Source of the DNA: Glycera tridactyla
Taxonomy: Eukaryota
DNA length: 64,000 bases
NCBI GenBank assembly: GCA_965644265.1
Contig: OZ286465.1
Coordinates: 51,212,001-51,276,000 of the forward strand
Reading direction: 5' to 3'
Of this stretch, positions 1 to 13,309 are shown piece after piece. Below the pieces are notes generated by a model. The model was given only the letters and a program-made list of their open reading frames with translations, was not told the DNA's origin and did no database searches. Positions within the stretch are counted from its first letter, which is position 1; every line of letters begins with the position of its first letter. The position numbers and the translations under genes are program-made.

Positions 1-1
1 C

Positions 2-3000
2 AGGGAGATCCCGCCGGGTGTTGGAAGTATCAGTAAATGTGACTGTTACCAATTTGGCACGGATAGCAGCCAACAGTGTGATCCTACTACCGGTCAGTGT
101 CCCTGTCTATCGAACCAAGGGGATGCTCAACTTAGTGGCAAGCAGTGTGTGAGTATGGAATTCAGGCTATCATCATGATCATCNNNNNNNNNNNNNNNNN
201 NNNNNNNNNNNNNNNNNNNNNNNNNNNNNNNNNNNNNNNNNNNNNNNNNNNNNNNNNNNNNNNNNNNNNNNNNNNNNNNNNNNNNNNNNNNNNNNNNNNN
301 NNNNNNNNNNNNNNNNNNNNNNNNNNNNNNNNNNNNNNNNNNNNNNNNNNNNNNNNCATCGTCATCATAAAGCTTCGTAGAGTTTATCCAGAAGAATGTA
401 CCCCTGCACATCTCCCTCCTCCCATGTCTCACATCACAAAATGGTAGTAGCCTTACAAAATGGATTGGTTTATATGAACTCAATAAAACATATCGTACAC
501 AAACTGACACATATACTATATATGAGTGTCTCAATACTTAGCGGTACCGTGCCGTGTGCGTTTCTTAAATATTGCTACCGGATTCTGTTAACTTCCCACC
601 GTAAACCATTGTATAACCAGGCACCTCTAAATGGCCTTGGCCATCGTTATCATTAGTGTAAAGGTCCTCGCCATCGTCCTTGTCGTCGTCATGATCATCT
701 ATGCCTTTGTCGCCTTCATCGTTATTGACTTGTTCATGTTCATGTTCATTGTCGTCGTCATTGCCGTAATCGTATCAACAACATGAATCGTCCTAGTCGG
801 CCATCACACGGTCCGCTCAATTATTTCGATCTGTGTTGACCAGGCTCCTTACATCTCCCAAGTGTCCCCGCGCCTCGGACCCATGGCTGGTGGAACTGCC
901 GTGACCCTGCAAGGTGGTTTCCTCGGCAACGCCGTCTCTGTCAAGCTTGGACCAAGAAACTGCGTCATTAAAACAAAGTAAGGACAAGCAATCATCTAAA
1001 TCATACCAAATATGACCCTATGTTATGTAGAAGTATGTGATACTGTCTATAAAACTTTGCCGGCTGAAGAGTATATGGCCTGGACTATTCTTTTCGACTG
1101 GTCCCAAGGTTCTTTTACATCGGTGATTTGGTTTTGAAGGATGGGGTACTTTCAACATTCAAACCAAGGTTTCTGTAAGAATTTCGTTTGATATTCTTTA
1201 TTCGTCACAATGCAATGCAATGCAATACAATACGATGTAGTACCATATAATTCAATACAATTCAAAATATTACAAAACAATGCGAATTTTTTTCGCTAGA
1301 AAGAATTTCTGATGATGTGATCGGATTGTTTTCGATCTGCTCCATAGCACTAATCTGCCAGTGATAAACATGTTTCCTTTATTAATTCATCATTTGATTG
1401 TTTTTTTTCTAGTAATAACACCCAGATACGATGCACGGCAGACTCGCTGCCGTTGGAAAGCGCCGGTCTTCTCAACATCCCGCTCCCCATCAGAGTCACT
1501 CTCGGTGTAGAACGTCAGGAGTATGTCTTCTACGCTAACACCAGCTTCGAATATCGACCCGACCCTTTCATCGATAATATTTATCCGAGCAAATCATTCA
1601 TCAGGTGGGTTCAAACTCGTAGCCGTCGTCGTCGCCGTCATCGTCATCATGGTCACCGTCAACGTCAACGTCATTGCCATTGGCTCAGTCAAGTTCGCAA
1701 TCGTCGTCGTCGCTATCATNNNNNNNNNNNNNNNNNNNNNNNNNNNNNNNNNNNNNNNNNNNNNNNNNNNNNNNNNNNNNNNNNNNNNNNNNNNNNNNNN
1801 NNNNNNNNNNNNNNNNNNNNNNNNNNNNNNNNNNNNNNNNNNNNNNNNNNNNNNNNNNNNNNNNNNNNNNNNNNNNNNNNNNNNNNNNNNNNTCCTCTAC
1901 GTCGTTGTCGTCGTCATCGTTACCGTAATCGGTATTTTCACTGGCATAGTCGAGATCATCGTCGTCGTCGTCAGTGTTGTCACCGCCGTTGTCGCCGACT
2001 TGATCGCCTTTGTGGTGGCAGTGATGACGCCAAAGCCGCCACCACCCTGATCACTTGCATCGACATACCCATCACCTGCCATTACACTGCTGCCATCATC
2101 ACTGTCATTGATGTCACGGCATACATCGTTTCTTCCTATAACCAATATCCATCCATTAGGATTTGAGCTGATTGGTCTCACTACGTTCTGTTGCATCCAG
2201 GGGCGGTATCAACCTGACAGTGACAGGCGACAATCTGGACTCTGTAGCTTCGCCTATCATGCAGGTGAAAACTATCTATCAGGGGTCTGAAACGGTACGC
2301 AACGGCCCGGTAAGTGTAGCTTCACCTGCAATGACAACATTCCAATCATCCCAGTGAATGCTGACTGGGATATTAAAGGTCCACATGTGTATGGGAGTCT
2401 ATTCCCGTATGCAGGTGAAAGAACCACTACTCTCCTTCACAAAGAGTAGGGGGTTGCCTCTGTGCCTCATTTCCCCAGCATTTCAGTCGGATATTAATGT
2501 GTAGGAGATAGGAGGAACGTCAAACACAAAGAAACAAAGCAATTATGTACTTCTTGAGATCTACTCTATTCCAAATTCTGTGCCCTACTAATTGTCATCA
2601 GTATAGAAGCAGTGTGATTTGGAAATGCCAGATTGCATACGTGCCCGTACGGACATAGGTAGATACACATGTACACTGACAGATTATTAAATAGGCTCAA
2701 AGAAATGAATGAATGAATGCATAAATCATCGACGAATAGATTGCTAAGTACATGGTATGGATAAATAGCCGGAAAAATTATCAAATAAATGAANNNNNNN
2801 NNNNNNNNNNNNNNNNNNNNNNNNNNNNNNNNNNNNNNNNNNNNNNNNNNNNNNNNNNNNNNNNNNNNNNNNNNNNNNNNNNNNNNNNNNNNNNNNNNNN
2901 NNNNNNNNNNNNNNNNNNNNNNNNNNNNNNNNNNNNNNNNNNNNNNNNNNNATTCTGTAGTCAATTAATGTCTTCGTGCTGCTGATTGTGACTGTTAAGA

Positions 3001-6000
3001 TGGGAGCACGTGGGTATATGCATGTTTCTGCACACCAGATATATGAGGTAGTACACTGTGTTCGTTTCTTCAGGCCTGCTTCATCGAGAGTGACAAGTTG
3101 ATGCATTGTCCCACCCCACACGTCTTCCTGCCTGACCAGTTCATCGACCTAGACTTCATCGTTGACCCTACCTATAAAGTAATTGGTGAGTACTAGTCCG
3201 ATATCACGGCCTAATATTCGAAGAAAGTTGTCGAACAATTATCCCGTGACCAAGATGATCACCCATCAGCACATACTATGGCCATTAAAGTCTGTCAAGC
3301 TTAATCGTGGCGGTTACGTTTTTCGCACTAGCATTGCGAATTCAGTTCAGATTCAAATGATACTTGCAGACAGACATTGTTGACATCTCCGACTATTAGA
3401 AATGTGATCACGGCGGGGCTCACTTGTTTATTTCACCTTAGAACGCAAAAAAATATATCAATTTCTCGCTGGTTTCACGGCAGGTGCGGCGGCCGTATCC
3501 CCATTGTTTCACACGGGAAAACCGGACGATAATGCCGGCGACTTTGTCGTGACAATCCAATGAAATGATGGCGTAATCCCCTTCAAAAGCATGTAGACCA
3601 CCTGAAACCAGGTTCGATGATCGGCGGAAGGTCTATATATTCCATTCGTGCCAATAAAAGTAAAATCCGACGAAAAATGGTGAAGTTAGCGTCTGAAACT
3701 TACCCGCCACATTTCGATTTGACAGAGTTTAGTCGTAATTTGTTTTATTGACTGTAAAAGGTTGAAATTGACAATGCAGTCATTGGCAATGCAGGCCATG
3801 ATATATGATTTTACTATTATCCGGTCATATCATTTGCCAAATCGAGGATAGCTATCGAATCATAAATGGAAATATCCATGATTATTCCCATACACGAGTG
3901 CACATGTATTAGTGTAGGACATTCTACATGTTATGTTGAGTGATGGCCCTTTTTCAGGTCAATTAGAAGCCACAATACCCCAATCAGGTTGCACTAAATC
4001 CACGTTGAGTAGATCCGTTTTGGAAGATTTTGTGACTAAATGCTCTGTCTCCTGAAACCATCTTATGAGAAACCTTGATGTAATCCTGATTGTGTATCCA
4101 TCAGATTGTCACTTTTACCTTTGCTTTTTCATCAAGACGACATGAGGAGAAAAAGAAGTATCCTGAGCAATGACGCAGATCTGATGGAGAGTGGGCAAGT
4201 CGACTCACTCGTGCGCTCATCCCGCACGACGTCTATGGTCTCCATTCCTGAAGATGCTGGTCTCGTCAACAAAGAGAACCTCAACTTTGAGATCTACTTC
4301 AAACTGGATGACGTGCAGAGCTACCAGGACAGCGTGCCTCAACTGATGATCTATACGAATCCACTACTGCACCAGTTCACTGATGCCCCATATATGCACA
4401 ACCCCTTCAAGCAGGATACTATCATCATTGAGGTCAGATATCCAACGACTTCATACATCTCACATGCATTACTCCTGCTATATACAGCTACTGCGTTGGC
4501 GCTAGGACAATATTTCCTGTCTCAAATGTTGCTGAAGCAGCCTTTCCATTCCGAGCCAAATTGATTCTGCTATTATCCAAATGTGTTGTGAGATGATTCT
4601 GATTTTCCATGACTGCCATTTCAAACCGATGTATTGAGTGCCTTGCATTGGAAGTCTGTTCTGCAGCCCCCGAATATAATAGAACACAGATTTCTCATGA
4701 CTGTATGAACTGTATGAGAGGATTCAGTCCCTACCTTCACTTGCTTAGACTGATTCCTATTGTTAGTCAATTTGGCTAAAGAACTGTCAATTTATTCAGC
4801 TACATAAGAAAAGCTTTAGCAGTTGACTCAGGATTACGTGTTTGTACCTTTGCCATGATTGTTTGCAGGGTCGCAGTTTGAACTACGGCTGCCAGCTGGA
4901 TGATTACATTATCCGGATGGGTTCAGGTTACTGTGTGCCGGAGAGCCTGAGTGCTGAGCGCTTGTCGTGTGTTCCGCCCAGTGATCAACCTCAAACCAAC
5001 AACACTCAGGCCCTTGAACTCGGTGGCGTGCCCCTCATAGTAAGTTGACAGCANNNNNNNNNNNNNNNNNNNNNNNNNNNNNNNNNNNNNNNNNNNNNNN
5101 NNNNNNNNNNNNNNNNNNNNNNNNNNNNNNNNNNNNNNNNNNNNNNNNNNNNNNNNNNNNNNNNNNNNNNNNNNNNNNNNNNNNNNNNNNNNNNNNNNNN
5201 NNNNNNNNNNNNNNNNNNNNNNNNNNNNNNNNNNNNNNNNNNNNNNNNNNNNNNNGGGCATGATGATAATGATATTGATAATGATAATGATATGATATGA
5301 TATGATATGATAAACTTCATTTACACTCGAGTACATAATACAAAGTATATACATAGGTAGATGTGCTCATAATGATCTTGGGCATTCAGATAAAGCCTTT
5401 TCTTCATGGAGCTCACGAGTGATTTACAATGGTATGTACCTGCCCTACTGAAGGCTGCAATCACACACTAAACATTGTTCGTTTGTGAGGAATTCATTTA
5501 TACTAGCATATGTCACAGTATGCAGTCCTGTTACATGCTAATCCAACCAATAATACATAGAAGAACATGACATGAATAAATTGTAAGAAGTTGCATACCA
5601 ATGAAGGGTGTACAAAACTAGGGTGAAAAATAGAAATATAGGAGACAAAAGACCCATTTTGATTATGTGATAATGCGTAATGCGTATATGGGAATGCGTA
5701 GTGATGGTGATTGTAGATTGTAGAGAAGTTCCCTTGTTTATTTCACTTTATAACGCTGAATATGTTAATTTCACGCTGGTTTTGCGGCAAGTGCCGCGGC
5801 CGTATCGCCACTGTTTCGCATACAAATATTCGCCAATAATAGTGACAGATTTGCTGAAAAAATGCAATGAAATGATGGCGTGATCCTCTTCTAAAGCATA
5901 CGTTACACCCGAGACTAGGTTCGATAGTCGCCGGAACACCTGTACAATCTATTCGTGCCATTAATAGTCAAATCAGACCGGAATTGACAAAGTCAGCATC

Positions 6001-9000
6001 TGAAACGTACCCGTCGCATTTGGATTTGACAGAGTTCAATAATGATTTTGTCATTGTCATTGTCATTGAATTTCAGGTGAAGATCGGCACCATAGAGATG
6101 CAAATAGGGATGGTGGTTTATCAGGCCTCCATCTGGGATAATCCGGCGTTCCGCATCCCCGTGCTCATCATCCTGGTGCTGCTGCTTCTCATCCCTCTCA
6201 TCTTACTGATGTACTTCTTGTATCGCAAGCATGATGATGATTCCTACTGTCCGTGTAAAGGCTACTCGCTGGCCCCGGCGCCCAATAAATCCCGCCCTGC
6301 ATCCGAGGCTGTGCCCCTTCACACCTTCCGCACTGGTGGTCAGTATCCGACGAGATGTATTGTACTATACTCTTTCGCTGGTTTATTATTTATATTCATC
6401 TGCACGAGAACAAAAGATTTATTGGGCTGGCACCAAAACGACTGACGAAAGGGGCAGCAGGGGTGACGACGACAATAAAGGGGACGATGATAACGACGAC
6501 GACGACGATGACGAAGACGACGACGACGATGATGTTCCCTCCATTGGTGATCAGTTGCACGCTATAATTGAGATGAATTGGCCGAATTCAATAATCAAAA
6601 ATATAGCTGCTGTCGAACCTGTCTATAGAGGCCACACCCAATTGCATCAAACAGTGGCTTTTGATGACAAATGGTAGGTCATTTAATGTTGATAGTACTA
6701 TCATGATCGCAGCTCAGGGTGGCCTCTGCTGGCAGATGGCCGTCATGACAAGGTGGTCTATCGAGTAGGTTCGACTGCACTCAATGAACGTCCTTCGGAA
6801 AAGATGGACCGATCTCTGAATTTTATGCAAAGCGTTTCAGATCAGCGGATTTTGCAGCTGATGTACAGTCAAACTTGTTCTGAGCATGAAGCTTCGAAAA
6901 GCGAAAAAGCTAAGGGTTTTGTGCAAGTGCATACTTAGTGCGGGTCAATCATAGTGAGAAATACTGTGATGGGATGAATGAAAAGCTGTTGCTTAAGGCA
7001 AGCTCTTGCTTAGTACAAGGCTTGCTCAGGACAAGTTCGATTGTACTAGCATCCTGTTTAGCACAATGTTCTACTGGTGCATGCAGGTGATTACGTCATC
7101 TTTGACGAGCTGGCCGATGACGTCAAGGATAAGATTGCTGATTGCATCATAGCCAGAGAACGCGTAGACACTCTCAAGGAAGTCGGGAAAGGTGAGTATA
7201 TGTTAGTAAAGTCTGTCCAACTCCTATCGTGGTGGGTATATTTGTCGCCCTTGCATCTCAAAGTTGCATCGGATTCACACGGAATACGCTGACAGACTTT
7301 GTTGATATCTACGGCGAATAAATACGCAATATCGGTGAAGTCACCTTGTATATCTCAACTTAGAGCTCCAAATATGTCGATTTCACACTGCGAGTGCCGG
7401 CGAGAGGAGCGCAGCAGCAGCAGCCTGCGTGAGGGAGGCTAAATCTGTCAAATCCCAATGTGGCGGGTACGTTTCAGACGCTAACTTCGCCATCTCATGT
7501 CCGATTCTACTCTCAATGACATAAATCGAATGTATGGACCTTTCGGCACCTGTCACAAAACCAGCGTGAAATCGACATATTTGGCGTGCTATGCTGAAGT
7601 ATACTAGGTAACCTCGCCGAGATCACATTGCTAGTCGCGGGAGATGTCACTCATTCATGTGTGTGAGTCTCATTTCAATCCGTGCTGGGGCAAAAATCGT
7701 ACCCGCCACGATTGTACTTGACGGACTTGCTTGCCCTCTACATTTACCACCCTAGCATCATGAATTTACATCGGATTGAAAGGAAAGCCACTGACAGACT
7801 TTGTCGGCATCTCCGACTACGAGAAATGTGATCGAGGAAAGTTTACTTGTATATTCGAAATCAGTACGCCAAATGTGTCGATTTCACGCTGGTATCACAG
7901 CGAAAGCGGTAACCGTATCTTCATTGCTTCGCATACAAAATGTCTGTATACTGTTATGGCAGATGCGTAATATACATGCCACAAATGTGGATTTGGAGAA
8001 TGGACATGTGGATGGTTGTCAGGTGACGTATAAAATCGATCAAATAATTGTTTGTATTAAAAGTGTGGATCTTCAAATCTGTGGACGAGAAAAGCACCCA
8101 CGCCATGTGATGCCTTGACTGGTTGAAGGATTGAAATGGAATTATTCAAAACTCCCCCAGGGTCCTTGATGCAAAGTAGATTGATTCAAAGCTGAGAGAC
8201 GCTCAAAGGAGCATGTACAGTTTTAAAGTACGGAAAATGAGTGTCAGCCATCAATCCAGCATTTCACATACACTAACTGATCTAATGCTTTTCAGGACAT
8301 TTTGGACGAGTTTATGCTGGCATACTGAAGCCCAGACAAGGCCAACATGGACCCAAAATAGTCGCGGTCAAGACATTGAGGGGTAGGTGTGATTTTTACG
8401 ACATTACATCCAGGTTTTGAGTTCAGGTACACCCAAGGCCTTGAAATCACTAGTGGAGTGTTCCAGTACATTATTATGTCGACATTGAGCCAGTATTGTG
8501 GAGTTTCTTGGCCGGATAATTTTTACAGGTGAAACCTGATCCGCTTGTAGTAAGCAGCGAATTGCATGTGATTCAAAGTGGAAACACAGTCTACATGCAT
8601 TGGCTTGATCTTCGGACTAGCGAGCCCTTAAAAGCATGTCTGGCGCTTTAAATACTGTGTGCATGATTAGGACTAGCCAGTGATTATCATGAGTGACTCT
8701 TATCCATCTCTTACCCTTTGTCTTCCTCCCATTTCTTTTTGTCTCCTTCTCCCCCTTCTACTTCTCTTCCTGCCCCCCTCTAGTTCTCACTCATCTCCTC
8801 CTGTTCCCTCTTACCCCTCACCCCCTGCTGCATTCTACTTCTCCTCCCCTATTCCCCGTCACCTTCCCCCGTCAGTTCTTTTTCACTCCCTTCTATCCCA
8901 CACCATTTCCCCCTTGACCTCTACCCTTTCTTCTTTCCGTCAATATATTGGTCATTGCTCTATTAACAGAGGAGGCAATGCAGCTGGGCGCCATCAGTGA

Positions 9001-12000
9001 CTTTCTGCGGGAGGCAACCATCATGAAGGACTTTGATCACGTCAATATACTACGTCTAATAGGCGTCGTGCTGGAGGATGGCTACGTCTACGTCATCTTA
9101 CCCTACATGGAGAACGGTGACCTACGAACCTTCATCGCACGACCAGAGATTGTAAGAACTACTTCCTTTGATTCTCCCAACTCGGTATTGACCATCGTAA
9201 TTGAAGCCAGATTGCTATTGTGATTATTTCTCCTCTAGCCATCACCTGACTCTGAAAGGGTGGCCAGGGTTAGAAGTGATCCTAGAATCATTGTTTCCCG
9301 TCGTGTCACTAGATATCGAGTTCTCGTTGCATTATCCTGAGAATTCGAGATGATCATATTTGAATCATGGATCGAGACATTCATGATGAGGTAGACATGG
9401 GGAGCTCAATTGTGTGGAGAAAATGTACTCATCTTGAAATGTATTTCAGATGTTGATCAATATCTCAGGTACAGGCAGTTAACATGACAACTATCAAGGA
9501 GTATCACACAGGCAGTGGCCCAATGGAACGACAATATTCAGTTGCCAGACACCGATTTCTCAGACCCTCAATATTTCAAACACTGGTGTACATCACCCAT
9601 CACATGTGATGTTGACAGGACGTAGACACGCACTATCTGCTGTCAATCTGCATTCTGTTCGAAAGCCCCTCATGAATGAAGTCTCTGTGATGGTAACGTT
9701 AACAAGATTCACCATTCAAAACCGGATCTGCACTTTACACAGATCTGCATGATCTGCGATCCTCACCGAGGAGGCACCTCTGTGTGGAGGTATTTCATCG
9801 GAATCTCTGTACTTCACTTGTCAACATCACCCAGGTGTGAATGGGTATTTGACGCTAGGCAATGGTGGCTATTGTAGCATGTTTAGCACATGCTGTTGAT
9901 TTTGTGTTTGTGGTTTTATACTCCCCAGGAAGATCGAAATAGCTCAAGCTTGAGCAGGCCTGCCAAGGAATGTAATTGTGAAGTTGATCAAACCGGTAAA
10001 CGACCGCATTTACATTTGACTATCTTTTTGTAGATGTTCACAGTGCGTGAGTTGCTGGGGTTTGCACAGCAAGCAGCACGAGGCCTGTCCTACCTGGAAA
10101 ACCAGAAATTTATCCATCGAGATGTTGCCGCCAGAAACTGCATGTAAATATTTATTCACCTTTCACTTTTTCCTCGAAAATGTATTATATATCACTAGTA
10201 TTCACTGTTTATAGTGCATCATGTCATACATATCAACCGGTATCTTGTTCAAATTATCTGCTTTCAACGACGACGACGACCTGAATACTTGGTTGCCCAG
10301 TGACGATGCCGTGTCTGAGAAGTCTGAGGCTTGCTTCTGGGAATCATTCCCAGAAAAGGAAGTTGGATCTTCAGACCTGAGAGATGCTTTTTCTTCAAAA
10401 TATTTGCTTACTTCAGTTTCGACAGGAAGGTGTTTGGCCTAATTAGGAACAGTAGGAGGAACTATCTCAGATTGTGGTCATATCCTCTGTAATGGCCCAC
10501 CAGTATTCATTTTCGGACCACTTTTATTTATCTCAATTGCGAATGACCACCTTGGTACCATTCATCATTCAAAGCCTTTTTTATATGCAGATGACATAAG
10601 ACTATTCATCGGACAGAGAGCCCTGTGATTCGACACGTCAATATGCAGAACTCACTTATATATCAGATCGGTTCTCCAGATACACATTCACCCGAAGCAA
10701 ACGTTAAACACACCTCATCTTCTTCACAACTGCAACAGATCCCATGGTGATGTGACCAATTGAGATCGATATTCCAAATCACCAAAATAAAAGCCTGAAA
10801 TCATGCCTACGCGTGTATCATCATCATCAAGTATTGCACTGTACCTCCATTGACTAAAGCTGCGATTCACCGCATTTCGAGGTATTGCCGATCGTCGTCA
10901 ATGTTTTCGACTTGGGGGTGGTGTCGGTGGTTTTGATGGTATTGGCGGCGGTGGTGGCGTTTTGATCATCGTTGTTGGTGATATCATGTTGCTTGGCTGT
11001 GTATTTTGCAGGGTAGACAATGAGCGAGTGGTGAAGATTGCTGACTTTGGTTTGGCCCGTGACATCTACGAGAAGGATTACTACCGACCGGAAGATATGG
11101 GACATCCACTTCCGGTGAAATGGACGTCTCCTGAATGCCTAGATGGCGCCGAATTCACCAGCAAAAGCGATGTGGTATGTTTAACATGATGACAGTGACG
11201 ATGTCTGTACTGTTCATGATCAATTTATTGATTGATTTATTTGTTGTCTTGAATATCCTGTGTGACCTGGAGGGCACTTTCACTATCCGAAACTTGCCAA
11301 GATGGCTGACGGACAATCGCGTTGAAGTCAATTTTCACTACCTGATGTGCTTTGGTTTGCCAAAAATATTTCGTGAGAATGCTGAATTTTGTTCCTCTCA
11401 TTTGCATATCAGGTCATGAGAATATATGCTAAATGGCTGATAAGTTTGGGTTAGAAAAAGAAATGGTCTGTGAACAAGAGTGAAAGAGTCTTTGTGACTG
11501 CCGATTAGTACACCTCTGGCAGACATGTCGGCGGCGATAACGAATCAAAACTGTTGATAATACATTGTATCTGGTTCTGGATGATATCTGACTCCCGTTG
11601 ATGGAATCTAGATCTCGAACGACTTTGCCCTCAATTAAATAAATGGCCAGATGACACATCCATGCAAATGGTTTCATTTCCACAGACACGCGGCTTTGCA
11701 TTGACAATTAACACCGTAAGATTGATCATTCTGGCCTGGGTGTACAATAACATATGAACATATAGCTTGGAGATGAACATGCTGGGAATTAATTTGTGTC
11801 GTTCGGACTGTAATATTGCCAATTCGTCTGATACACCTCTGCGGAGTAGATATTTTGAAGCCTTCGAAGTGTGCCCTACTATACTGTCGTGTCTCTAGAG
11901 GGATTTAGTTTGCATTGTGTGTTTCTTGCAGTGGTCGTTCGGTGTGCTGGTGTGGGAGATCTTAACACGTGGCAAGAAACCCTACAATGATGTAAGCAAC

Positions 12001-13071
12001 TTTGAGATGAAGCACTACTTGCGGACAGGAAGGCGGCTGGATCAGCCAGAATATTGCCCTGACAATGTGTAAGTACAACACACACCATAGTACCGACGCC
12101 ATTACATGTCCAGGCTATCCTCTGCGGAGGTAAGGTTAAGCTACCATACTTAATATGGTCATGTTTACCAAATATCATGGATGTCACAACAACTCTATGC
12201 CTAATCCCCTTTGGACTGATCCCATACAATCTGTGGCCAGTGTATCATTGGAGCTTGTTCATAAGCCTGTTCTCCCCCAGAAAATGTTGTATTCGATCTC
12301 AGAAGCTTCTTTCATACGTTTACCTGCTATTCGCTAGCTATTTTAATAGCTCAATGCCAGAAATGGTATTTTACCTCTACTTGGGCTGGAGGAAACCCCA
12401 CTTCTTTCTTACTTGAGGAGTCAGGCCAGATCCATCATTGATGGTCTTGGCTTTGCTCACCTCAAGGAATTTGACCATGAGTGTCTCTATATTCCTCTCC
12501 CTGTGAACTCCCGTTATACCCCATGGGCAGTCATGCTGAACTTATGGATGGATGGAAGGATCGATGAATGATTCGATGGACTGATGGTATATGGATAACG
12601 CCAATATTGGGAGACTGACAAATTTCTCAATTACGAATATGTTTGAAGCATAAGATCATACAAACATTCTCTAAGCAGGCATCAAATCCCCGGAAGAAAT
12701 TGAGGGGACCAGGGCCACTGTGTTGTTGAATTGCAATAGTAATGTGGGTTGACATTGGCAGTTGTTGGGCTTGCAGGGTCCACATCCTTTGTTGAATAAA
12801 GTATCATGAAGTATTATTGACAGAACCATATCCTTTCAGGTACGAGATGATGCTGAATTGCTGGAACATCGATGCTCACAAACGTCCCAGTTTTCAAGAT
12901 ATTGTTGACCAACTGGAGCTGATCCTGAATCCGTTACCGCCAGCCCCACCGCCACCTGGTGGCGCCGAGGACACTTGTTGTGGTGAGGATCCACTAGATG
13001 TCATGTATGCCCCATGTCGGTCGTCTACCAGCAGCACCCGGTATTCGCCGATGCCTACATCGGATGCCTAG
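2..13071 (+). CDS. MET: MET/RON-family receptor tyrosine kinase, 5'-partial (EGF_Lam-like module, 3 IPT/TIG, TM, tyrosine kinase)
   Basis: Exons joined with GT-AG sites and consistent phases: <2-148, 844-977, 1413-1604, 2201-2309, 3074-3185, 4137-4432, 4869-5039, 6077-6338, 7087-7191, 8296-8382, 8970-9151, 10034-10143, 11012-11174, 11932-12068, 12840-13071 (TAG). IPT starts [23 protein letters not shown] and [25 protein letters not shown] is [23 protein letters not shown]. Kinase motifs: [70 protein letters not shown] (MET-like). The symbol means MET/MST1R-like; orthology was not tested. Confidence 0.93.
3291..3726 (+). mobile_element. MITE-like non-autonomous DNA transposon, complete copy with ~30-bp imperfect TIRs
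   Basis: Left end tctgtcaagcttaatcgtggcggttacgttt and right end aaacttacccgccacatttcgatttgacaga are inverted. The internal sequence recurs at five other sites in the window. Confidence 0.65.
5715..6033 (+). mobile_element. 5'-truncated copy of the same MITE family
   Basis: Colinear with ~3420-3726 (cttgtttatttcac...aatgaaatgatggcg...attcgtgcca...tgaaacgtacccg...gatttgacaga). Ends ~45 bp before the TM exon acceptor. Confidence 0.6.
7210..7935. mobile_element. Cluster of three MITE-family pieces (+ ~7210-7390, - ~7444-7727, + ~7790-7935)
   Basis: TIR motifs tctgtc...gtggtgggta (7210), tctgtcaaat...gtggcgggtacgtttcagacgctaac (7444) and cgtacccgccacg...cttgacgga (~7700-7727). Shared internal motif ctgacagactttgt. 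Confidence 0.55.
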
Positions 13072-13236
13072 ACATGATGTATTCGTAGTTGGACAGCAAC
13101 CTACAGAAGATAACGTGTTGTTTTCACGGAATGAATGGGCGTGAAAAATGTCAAGTGTGTATGTTGGTCTTTGTGCGCGTATGTATGTGTTTCTAAAAGA
13201 GAGTGGGCGAGCGGGAGATGAGAGATAAAGAAAAGA

Positions 13237-13241
<5 letters not shown>

Positions 13242-13306
<65 letters not shown>
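13242..13306. repeat. (GA)n microsatellite downstream of the kinase stop
   Basis: Uninterrupted GA dinucleotide run. Confidence 0.95.

Positions 13307-13309
<3 letters not shown>

Noticed and set aside
6231-6677. 148-aa ORF with a poly-Asp tract
   Set aside because: Out-of-frame overlap with the TM exon plus an intronic (GAC/GAT)n repeat.
8680-8940. Pro/Ser/Leu-rich ORFs
   Set aside because: CT-rich low-complexity tract before the 8970 acceptor.
10221-10442. Bidirectionally open intronic frame ([14 protein letters not shown]...)
   Set aside because: No recognisable homology and no phase-compatible splice sites; it would also interrupt the kinase catalytic loop.
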